Of a stretch of DNA of 8,887 bases, positions 1-7,694 are shown in pieces. How positions within the stretch are numbered: the first letter of the stretch is position 1; each line of letters begins with the position of its first letter. A program made the translations under genes and the position numbers. A model generated the notes under the pieces. It had not been told where the DNA came from. It saw nothing but the letters and a program-made list of their open reading frames with translations, and searched no databases. Source of the DNA: Octopus sinensis (lineage: Eukaryota); NCBI RefSeq assembly GCF_006345805.1, contig NW_021828261.1:1-8887 (forward strand), in the 5' to 3' direction.

Positions 1-45
1 TGTGTGTGTATGTATGTATGTATTTATATATGTATGCATATGTCT
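1..45. repeat. (TATG/TG)n microsatellite at the 3' flank of the LINE
   Basis: Direct reading: tgtgtgtgtatgtatgtatgtatttatatatgtatgcatatg. Confidence 0.9.
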
Positions 46-149
46 GTCCTTATTCAAATGTATTTCAAGATTTCTTGCCAATAGAGAAAGAACCGGTTTC
101 TAACCTAGATCCAAGGTTCTTTCATTGGAATTTCGGCACAAACAACAGG

Positions 150-204
150 GTATGCATGTATGTATGTATGTATGTATGTATGTATGTATGTATGTATGTA
201 TGTA
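150..204. repeat. Near-perfect (TATG)n microsatellite within or at the end of the LINE 3' UTR
   Basis: About 13 tandem TATG units read directly. Confidence 0.95.
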
Positions 205-283
205 CGTCTCCAGATTTGTCTGTTTTGTTTTATGTATGTATTCTCATGCATATAATTACATTTCTAGCCATGCTCATATATAT

Positions 284-1044
284 TTAAATGATAAACTTCT
301 AGGACGTTTTACAGATTTTTACAGTTCCGGTGATGGATCGGATTGTAGTCTTCGAATCAGCTTTCTCCTTTCTGGTTTTGAGAAGCCTAATTTCTCAAGA
401 TTGGTATTTAGGCAGTGTGTTACATATCCCAGGGCCCCAATAATTACAGGTATAAACCTGAACTTGTAATCTGGATTGAGTAACTGCAGATTTCTCAATA
501 GTTCAGCGTAGGTGTTCTCTTTTTCACTGAACTTCAGCTTTATGTTAACGTCCGATGGGCAGCTAATTTCCACAACTGTACACAGTTGTTCTTATCTATC
601 CCAAATCCTTATATTAGGTCTGTTGTCCTTACATTTTATTGAAGTCTTCACTGGGAGATTCCACCAGTATTCCTTTTGATTATGAGTGGCTATCGCTTCT
701 ACCATATTGTAGGTTCTTATTTCTTTGTCCTCGGGATTATCCTTCTGACGGATTTCAATATAGATTGTCCTAGCTACAAACATCATATCTCATCGATTGC
801 TAATACTGTGATGACATTTTCGGACAACTGCTTATGATGTGGGTTACTTCGTCGGTGTTCTCCACAAAATCTGCATTGGTTGTCACATTTTGCTGCTTTT
901 CCTGCATCCTTTTGTGCATCGGGTATTTGGTTGATATATTTCTGTTCCTGGACTGCAAACGCCTACTCTTCAAAGTGGCGGGGGCAGTAATCCGGTTATT
1001 AGTCCAGGTAGTCTGCTTTCATGATCAATGTTACTATCATCTCG
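284..1044 (-). pseudogene. Disrupted retrotransposon ORF segment (post-RT region, CCHC zinc knuckle, RLE endonuclease)
   Basis: Supplied ORFs 592..786 and 319..573 are consecutive in-frame pieces separated by one stop (TAA after WDR). Further stops and frameshifts lie upstream, for example 22 nt between CRFC and the knuckle His. The catalytic PD reads PN. Confidence 0.88.
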
Positions 1045-1204
1045 ATGTGTATGTATGCATGTATGAAGGTAGGTAGATAGGTATGTGTATGAAGGGATGT
1101 GTGTATGTATGCATGTGTGTATGAATGTATGTATGTGTGTATGTATGCATGCATGTATGTATGTATGTATGTATGTATGTACGTATGTATGTGTATGTAT
1201 GCAT
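1045..1204. repeat. Degenerate (TATG)n microsatellite at the 5' truncation point of the LINE
   Basis: TATG/TGTG/CATG units. It abuts the LINE ORF remnant at 1044 and SINE fragment A at 1205. Confidence 0.9.
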
Positions 1205-1258
1205 GTATGTCTTTATGTCTGTGTTTGTCCCCCATCACCGCTTGACAACAGGTGATGG
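1205..1258 (+). mobile_element. SINE fragment A (start of 3' half only)
   Basis: tgtctgtgtttgtcccccatcaccgcttgacaacaggtg matches the post-microsatellite segment of full copies G (3604-3998) and J (8167-8590). Confidence 0.75.
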
Positions 1259-1780
1259 TCGGATCCATTTAGTTTTACTTGGACCACCCGCATCTTTAAC
1301 GTGATCAAGAGACCTGGCGTCTGTTCGTCAGTTATAAAATGGGAAGTTCCGGCCTGTTAAGTCCCCAAGGAGGAGATCTTTTGCTACGAGCTACCAAGGA
1401 TCTTGACGTGGAAACAATTTGATTTCAAGTTGCAGTCTGAACAGATTTCAAACCAGAATCTTTGAAGTTAATCTTAGCATTTCTTCCAACATCTGAAAAG
1501 AAGTCACTTGTATTATTGTAACACTGTATTCAGGTTTTTCTTTATCCTCTATTCTACATTTTGATGAACACTTAAATACATATAATGTTTTGACATTTGA
1601 AATGTCGTATCAGTTTGCTTTATAAAATTTCTGAAGTTGTAGTAAATGTTTCCTTGCGGCCTAATGTAATTTGTGTCGCAATTCATTTATTATTAGCCAT
1701 CTTGAATTCATTTAACAGACCTTACTGCAATACACACTTCCACATACATAAGCTTGTTCCCCAACCATATATATATATAT

Positions 1781-1948
1781 ATACCAGAGTAAGCACATAA
1801 ATGCGAAAAAAGGTGGGAAAAGCAGTACTCGAATACCGGAGATAGAGTAATACCAGAAGTAGATTAAGTTCCCGTACGTCTCGACGAACGGGAACGGGAA
1901 ACTCTGAGTAACAATTTTTGTGATGTCTTTGCAGTTTTATTAATAAAG
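1781..1948. mobile_element. Rearranged remnant of a hammerhead-carrying repeat, possibly a Penelope-like terminal repeat fragment
   Basis: Non-SINE sequence bounded by (TA)n on the left and (TG)n on the right. It carries a degenerate hammerhead core and a junction made of a 17 nt tandem duplication plus an inverted duplication. No ORF supports the Penelope assignment, which rests on the known link between Penelope-like elements and hammerheads with palindromic stem III. Confidence 0.35.
1877..1914 (+). ncRNA. Degenerate minimal type I hammerhead ribozyme motif (probably inactive)
   Basis: cgt-CT(c)GACGA-acg GGAA cgg-GAA-ACTC t GAGT-A-acaa. The core has one extra base, stem II is 2 bp plus an A.G mismatch with a GNRA loop, stem III is palindromic, the cleavage triplet is GUA, and stem I retains only 2 bp. 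Confidence 0.5.
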
Positions 1949-1989
1949 TGTGTGTGTGTGTACGTGTGTGTGTGTGTGTATGTGTGTGT

Positions 1990-2198
1990 GTTTGTCCTCC
2001 CACCATCGCTTGACAGCCGATGCTGGTTTGATTACATCACCATAACTTAGCGGTTCGGCAAAAGAGACCGATAGAATTAGTGCCAGGCTTACAAAATAGT
2101 AAGTCCAGGGATCCACTCCTTCGACTAAAAGGAGGTGCTCCAGCAGAGCCGCAGTCAAAAATGACTGAAACAGGTAAAAGAATAAAAAATAAAAGAAT
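1990..2198 (+). mobile_element. SINE copy B (3' half, headless), preceded by (TG)n at 1949-1990
   Basis: Contains cttagcggttcggcaaaagagaccgatagaat and ccagcagagccgcagtcaaaaatgactgaaacaggtaaaagaataaaa, matching the 3' half and tail of copies G and J. Confidence 0.92.
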
Positions 2199-2212
2199 GT
2201 GTGTGTGTGTGT

Positions 2213-2423
2213 GTTTGTGTCTGTGTTTGTACACCCGTCATCGCCTGATAACCGATGTTGGTGTGTTTACGTCCCCAAAACTTAGCGATAGAATAAGTAC
2301 TAGTCTTACAACGAACAAGTCTTGAAGTCGATTTGTTGGACTAAAAGCGGTGCTCCAGCATGGCCGCAGTCAAATGACTGAAACAAGTAAAATAATAAAA
2401 TGAATAATAAATAAATAAATAAA
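2213..2423 (+). mobile_element. SINE copy C (3' half, headless, internal deletion), tandem to B with (TG)n between them
   Basis: gcggtgctccagcatggccgcagtcaaatgactgaaacaagtaaaa plus an (AAAT)n tail. It lacks the gttcggcaaaagagac segment. Confidence 0.92.
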
Positions 2424-2430
2424 TTTGTTC

Positions 2431-2570
2431 GATTGACTGAATTACCTGTCCCTTAATTAAGTACAAGCGGCTGAGTATTCCACAGACAAGTGGGTCCTTA
2501 ACGGAATGCTCAGACAGAATCGGCGTGGTGCAGTTGTGTGGGACAAACCTGTAGCTTTCGAATAACGTGT
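2431..2570 (+). mobile_element. Old fragment of a second interspersed repeat family (probably another SINE)
   Basis: gcggctgagtattccacagacaag matches the minus strand of 4370-4393 (gtggatgagtattccgcagacatg) at 20 of 24 positions, with looser similarity for about 40 nt further. The right boundary is uncertain. Confidence 0.5.
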
Positions 2571-2738
2571 ACAACACACCCTGCGTGTGCAAGGAAAACA
2601 AGAGGATTCAGAACGAATCCCCTTCATCTGAAATGTTTAAGGAGAGAATCCTCTTCTCTTTACAACAGCGATTAGCCTATTCACGTTCGAATCCGCTGCA
2701 ACATTTTAAGGCTGAACATGTCTGTCCATCCACTATAA

Positions 2739-2962
2739 TCTTTTATTTTTTACTTATCTCAGTCATTAGACTGCGGCCAAGCTGGGGCACCGCCTTGAAG
2801 AATTTTGAGCCCAAAGAATCTGTCCGAATCCTTTCCTTTTTTTTAATGCCTAGTATTTATTCTATCAATCTCTTTTGCCGAATCTCTAAGTTACGGAGAC
2901 GTAATCAAACCAACACCGGTTGTTAAGCGGTGTGGGGACAACACAGATACAAAGACACACAT
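2739..2962 (-). mobile_element. SINE copy D (3' half of a minus-strand copy whose head is F)
   Basis: Reverse complement of the tail and 3' half: tcttttattttttacttatctcagtcattagactgcggccaagctggggcaccgcc...ctcttttgccgaatctctaagttacgg. Confidence 0.9.
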
Positions 2963-3111
2963 ACATGTATATGTACATATATATATATTATATATATATA
3001 TATATATTATATATAATATATATATATATATATATACACGTAACTGAGAATATATATATATGTGTATGTATGTATGCAGGTATATATATATATATGTTGG
3101 TACATAAATAT
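2963..3111. repeat. (TA)n-rich microsatellite: expanded internal tract of SINE D/F
   Basis: Direct reading. Confidence 0.92.
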
Positions 3112-3206
3112 ATGTGTGTGTCTTTGTGTCAATGATTGTCCCCATCACCGCTGGTTTGTTTACGACTCCTTAACTTAGCGATTCGGCAAAAGAGATGATA
3201 GAATAA
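3112..3206 (+). mobile_element. SINE fragment E, an inverted partial 3' half nested inside copy D/F
   Basis: ttgtccccatcaccgct..ggtttgtttacgactccttaacttagcgattcggcaaaagagatgatagaataa is the approximate reverse complement of 2857-2962. Confidence 0.85.
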
Positions 3207-3208
3207 TA

Positions 3209-3362
3209 CATATATACGACAGGCTTCTTTCAGTTTCTGTTTACAAAATTTACTCATAAGGCTATAATAGAAGACACTTACTCAAGCTATCACGCGCTGA
3301 AGTTGAACTCGGAACCATGTGGTTGGAGAGCATATCTCTTACCACACAGCTACGCCCGCGCC
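3209..3362 (-). mobile_element. SINE copy F (tRNA-like head and 5' half, degenerate)
   Basis: Minus strand reads ggcgcgggcgtagctgtgtggtaagagatatgctctccaaccacatggttccgagttcaac...gaaactgaaagaagcctgtcgtatata. The A box is recognisable and the B box is decayed. Confidence 0.88.
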
Positions 3363-3433
3363 TAGAGTTACACTACTTTCAATAAGAATCTGTTGAAAAT
3401 CTTGTCTTGGTTTCCACTGTACTTTGTTTCAGA

Positions 3434-4037
3434 CGTTGCTGGCTGTGATAGTGTTATACCTGGTCGTGGTGATTGTTGCAGTAGCATTCTCACCGACACC
3501 AATTACTGTAATTACAACACTGCCAACAGTTGCCCCCACCACCATCACTGCCGCCGCAAATAACTGTATCGTTATCACCCACCGTTGCACCACTGCAACG
3601 ATCGCAGGAGTGGCTGTGTGGTAAGTAGCTTGTTTACTAACCATATGGTTCCGGGTTCAGTCCCACTGCGTGGCACCTTCGGCAAGGGTCTTCTACTATA
3701 GCCTCGGGCCGACCAAAGCCTTGTGAGTGGATTTGGTAGACGGAAACTGAAAGAAGCCCGTCGTATATAAGTATATATATGCGTGTGTGAGTGTATGTTT
3801 GTGTGTCTGTGTTTGTCCCCCTAGCATTGCTTGACAACCGATGCTGGTGTGTTTATGTCCCCGTCACTTAGCGGTTCGGCAAAAGAGACCGATAGAATAA
3901 GTACTGGGCTTACAAAGAATAAGTCCCGGGGTCGAGTTGCTCGATTAAAGGCGGTGCTCCAGCATGGCCGCAGTCAAATGACTGAAACAAATAAAAGATC
4001 ACCACCAACAGGTATAACACCTTCACAGCCAGCAACG
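3434..4037. repeat. 49 bp inverted repeat (arms 3434-3482 and 3592-3603 joined to 4001-4037), right arm split by SINE G
   Basis: Left arm cgttgctggctgtgatagtgttatacctggtcgtggtgattgttgcagt versus the reverse complement of the rejoined right arm cgttgctggctgtgaaggtgttatacctgttggtggtgatcgttgcagt: 44 of 49 identical, with a 109 nt spacer. Confidence 0.9.
3604..3998 (+). mobile_element. Full-length tRNA-derived SINE copy G (head, CORE-like segment, internal TA/TG microsatellite, 3' half, TAAAAGA tail)
   Basis: A box TGGCTGTGTGG at 3611-3621 and B box GGTTCAGTCCC at 3654-3664. The segment ccttcggcaagggtctt (ccttgggcaagtgtctt in H and J) resembles the MIR/CORE motif ccttgggcaagtcactt. GATC occurs at both junctions (3600-3603, 3997-4000) as a possible short target duplication. 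Confidence 0.95.
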
Positions 4038-5550
4038 ATAACTACAGATGCACCATCGCCTACATCTCCACCAACAACATTTGCACTAACAACAATAAGA
4101 GGCATGTCAATAATAGCAGCTGCAGGAACATTTCCACCAACAACAACAGGTGCAGCATCTCCAATAGCAGCAGCTGCAACATCTGCACCGAGAAACAACA
4201 GCTGCATAGAACTCAACAATAGCTTTGCCACAAATTTTAACTGACCCGCCACTGCCAGACCATGACGCCATCGACCCCACCGACAATAATGATAACAACA
4301 ACTGCACCACCACCACTGGCACCATCTGTAAAGCCACCACCACCACCAGCATCACCACTGCACAGTCAGCATGTCTGCGGAATACTCATCCACTGACACG
4401 CTTTTATTCGGGAGCACGTTATTCTGTTGATTGAGCATTTGAATCCTCATCGCTGAACGACGAAGACCCACTACCACCATCACCACCACCATCACCACCA
4501 CCACCCCCATTACTACAACCACCAACAATAACAACTGCATCATCCCCACCATCATCACCACCACCACCACTATCATCATTGTCGTCATCGTCATCATCAT
4601 CATCACCGTTATCACTACCAACAACAACACGCGTAAAAATCACCAAAAAGTTTTGCATCGACATTATCACAAAAACCTGCCATCAACAAAAACAACATTT
4701 CCACCACCACCACCACCATCACAAATACAACGACGACGGCAGCTATACCATCACGATCATCAACACCACCAACAGCGATGCCATCACTACCACCTGTAAA
4801 AGCTGCCAAAATCCACCATGACCATCACCACCGCAACCACTACAACTACAACAGCAAACATACCATGACCACCAATGACAACAATATCCATACCATCTAG
4901 CTCATCCTCACCACCACCACTACCACAACTCCACCACCATCATCACCACCACCAAAAACAACATAAACAGCCATACCATTTAGACCATCCTTACCACTAC
5001 CACACCACCACAACTCCACCACCATCATCACCACCACCAGCACCACCACCAAAAACAACATAAACAGCCATACCATTTAGACCACCCTCACCACTACCAC
5101 CGCCAATACCACCACTACCACCAACTCCAACGCTATCATCAGCACCACCAGCACCACCAGCACCAACTCCACCACCATCATCACCACCACCAGCACCACC
5201 ACCAAAAACAACATCAACAGTCATACCAGTCAGATGATCATCACCACCACCATTACACCACCACCAAAAACAACATAAGCAGCCATACCATTTAGACCAC
5301 CCTCACCACCCTCACCACTACCACCAACTCCACCGCTATCATCACCACCATCAAAAACAACACCAACAGTCATACCAGTTAGATGATCATCACCACCACC
5401 ATTACACCAACAACAACAACACCATCAATAACACCAAGAACAACTGCATCCACACCATCTCCAACAGCAACAACAAAAAGCCATAACACCAGTAAAAAAA
5501 AAATGGCGCCTCTACCACCACCACTAAAAACCGCCAAAACCACAAGCCAC
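4001..5550. repeat. Degenerate trinucleotide low-complexity block (ACC/AAC/ATC/AGC), with a higher-order repeat at 4954-5408
   Basis: Direct reading. The C/A-rich triplet phase slips repeatedly, and a 31 nt motif recurs at 4954, 5051, 5204, 5266 and 5353. Confidence 0.9.
4370..4433 (-). mobile_element. Second fragment of the repeat family seen at 2431-2570, as a non-triplet island in the triplet block
   Basis: Minus strand aatcaacagaataacgtgctcccgaataaaagcgtgtcagtggatgagtattccgcagacatg aligns with 2431-2490. Confidence 0.5.
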
Positions 5551-5798
5551 CATTCAACGTCACTCTATGAATAAGTAGCTGATAAAATTTTGGCATAAAT
5601 CTATTAAGCGCTATTTTTCATATTGGCAATATTTAAATTGGCTGTCGTTGTTGTGGCGCGTGATTGTAATATAAAGACGCGACTTGGTTGATATTTAACG
5701 CACGTTTCTGCTCTCAATACTTGAGGATAACGCATACAACAATAGTGATAATCAACGCAACAATGAAATGTTGGTGTATGATAAACAATAGGGGTCCA

Positions 5799-6527
5799 TG
5801 TGTGTATATATATATATACATGCGTGTGTGTGTTATATAATATATATATACATACATATATATATATATATGCATATGTAAATATACATACATATATATA
5901 TATATATATATGTGTGTGTATATGTATATATATATATATGTATATATATATGCATATGTAATATACATATATACATATATATAATTATACATATATATAA
6001 CATATAATATATATATATATATATAATATATATATATATATATAGGCATCTGTAAATATATTTGTATGTCTGTGTTTGGTTATACATATGTTTGAGAGTT
6101 TATATATCCATAAATACGTGTGTATATATATGTGTGTGTATATGTATGTATATAATATATACATATGTATGTATATATATATATATATGTGTGTATGCAT
6201 GTATGTATATATATAAATTTATCACTATATATATCTTATGTATATGAGTATGCTTATATATGAATATATATATGTGTGTGTACATATATACATGTACATA
6301 TACGTAGACATGTATATATATATATAGATATATACATTTAATATACGCATATATATATTATGTAGGTGTACGTACGTACATACGTACACGTGTGCTCATT
6401 ATATATCTATATATATATATAATATATATATATATATTATATATATATATATATATAATATGTAAATATACACATATATATATGTGTGCAACTGAACTCA
6501 CACACATACACCTATATAGACACACAC
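5799..6527. repeat. Long compound (TA)n/(TG)n/(CA)n microsatellite
   Basis: About 730 bp of mostly alternating purine-pyrimidine sequence. It is the source of the Y/I/C/M-rich spurious ORFs. Confidence 0.95.
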
Positions 6528-6989
6528 AAATATTAGATATGTTATTGAAAAATAATTTGTTAAACAGCGACCAACAATTGACAACTTTTGAATTACTTTT
6601 GTGAAAATTAAAATAAATTTTTGTAGTTCGTTTGCCCCAAGAATACCTTTGTTAGACAAGATTTAAACAAATCTGATTCCCTGACTTACAAACAACCCCC
6701 ACCCCACCCCCCATACACACACCTATTTTCCGCCACCCCACCCCCCATCTTTAAATTCAGTCAACCCCCCCACCCAAATCTTGTAAGATGATTTTCTCAG
6801 TTTTCCCTTCAACCGCCTTTTTCCGATACCCGTCACCTCCTACGTCGTTCGCACTGCGCTCATATTTCCGGATGTGCGACTTCAACGCACATCCACCACT
6901 AACACACGAACGCAAACACATGTATGTGTGTATATATATGTGTATACACATTAAATACATATACAAATGTATTGTTTTCGTCGTTTTAA

Positions 6990-7172
6990 TCTTTTATAAA
7001 TGTCGGTCATTTGACTGTGGCCATGCTGCAGCACCGATTTTAGTCGAGCAAATCTTTGGAAGCCTAGTACTTATTCTATCGGTCACTTTTGCCGGACCAC
7101 TAGGTTACGGGGACGTAAACACACCAGCATCCGTTGTCAAGCGATAGAGGGGGTACAAACAAAGACACACAA

Positions 7173-7203
<31 letters not shown>

Positions 7204-7352
7204 GCAACGGGCTTCTTTCAGTTTCCATCTACCAAATTCACTCACAAGGCCTTGGTCGGTCCGAGGTTATAGTAGAAGACACTTGCCCAAGGTGCCACGC
7301 AGTGGGACTGAACACAGAACCATGTAGTTGGGAAGCAAGCTTCTTACCACAC
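6990..7352 (-). mobile_element. Near full-length SINE copy H (about 15 nt missing at the 5' end)
   Basis: Reverse complement of tail, 3' half, (TA)n and head: ggtcatttgactgtggccatgctgcagcacc...agaagacacttgcccaaggtgccacgcagtgggactgaac...cttcttaccacac. Confidence 0.93.
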
Positions 7353-7355
7353 CAT

Positions 7356-7357
7356 GC

Positions 7358-7389
<32 letters not shown>

Positions 7390-7690
7390 TGTATATATGT
7401 ATTTATGTATATATATATATATATAAATATGTGTGTGTGTGTATGTATATATGCTATTTATATGTATATATATATTGTATATATATGTATATATATATTA
7501 GTATATATATGTATATATATGTATATATATATATATATATCTGTATATAATATATGTATATATAGTATTAATATATATGTATGTATATATATATGTGTGT
7601 GTATGTGTGTACGTATATATATATATATATATATATATATACAACATACACACACATATATGTATTTATGTATGTGTATTTGTGTTCATA
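7356..7690. repeat. (TA)n/(TG)n microsatellite between SINE copies H and I
   Basis: Direct reading. Confidence 0.95.
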
Positions 7691-7694
7691 TTTA

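Larger units (their letters stand above)
46..1044 (-). mobile_element. 5'-truncated, degenerate non-LTR retrotransposon of the restriction-like endonuclease (RLE) group, R4/Dong-like; C-terminal ORF remnant plus 3' UTR
   Basis: Manual minus-strand translation across frameshifts gives HFEE*AFAVQEQ..ISTKY..CDNQCRFCGEH..DEVTHIISSCPKMSSQY (CCHC knuckle, 824-875), then WWNLPVKTSIKCKDNRPNIRIWDR*EQLCTVVEISCPSDVNIKLKFSEKENTY..FIPVIIGALG (decayed PD-(D/E)xK RLE motifs) and ..SITGTVKICK..KFII* (stop at 284-286). A CCHC knuckle followed by RLE is the established C-terminus of R2/R4/NeSL/Hero-type elements. Including 46-149 in the 3' UTR, and the R4/Dong clade call, are inferences. Confidence 0.88.

Noticed and set aside
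1325-1331. CTGACGA hammerhead box on the minus strand
   Set aside because: Followed by a small agac/gtct hairpin but no GAAA box or stem III in register.
1261-1560. Possible exon or transposon ORF remnant in unique sequence
   Set aside because: The frames I translated by hand on both strands hit stops within short distances and show no recognisable motif. The minus-strand acceptor-like cttcttttcAG leads to stops in all three frames.
1592-2655. Short palindromes gacattt-g-aaatgtc (1592-1606) and aagaggattc/gaatcctctt (2600-2609 with 2646-2655)
   Set aside because: Short, isolated and expected by chance in AT-rich DNA, with no supporting context.
3604-3675. tRNA gene at the SINE heads (also 8167-8240)
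   Set aside because: A and B boxes are present, but there is no complete cloverleaf or acceptor stem, and the sequence runs into SINE body in every copy.
3424-4244. Signal-peptide-like plus mucin-like ORF pair (3424..3624 and 3831..4244) with an acceptor-like tttgtttcAG at 3431-3432
   Set aside because: The hydrophobic stretch is the inverted-repeat arm. The Thr/Pro richness is triplet low complexity with several frames open on both strands. The segments are not in frame once SINE G is removed at the empty site defined by the inverted repeat.
4997-5224. Gly-rich minus-strand ORF resembling a structural protein
   Set aside because: Flanked by repeated phase slips that are shared between duplicated units, so it was already out of frame when it expanded. 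It is kept only as a repeat observation.
4954-5383. Five 31 nt direct repeats with variable spacers, superficially CRISPR-like
   Set aside because: Spacers are mutually related ACC triplet runs of very uneven length (31-122 nt), the context is eukaryotic, and there are no cas genes.
6870-6902. Helitron 3' end (hairpin plus CTAA)
   Set aside because: CTRR is only 4 nt from the hairpin and is followed by C rather than T, and no 5' TC end can be identified.
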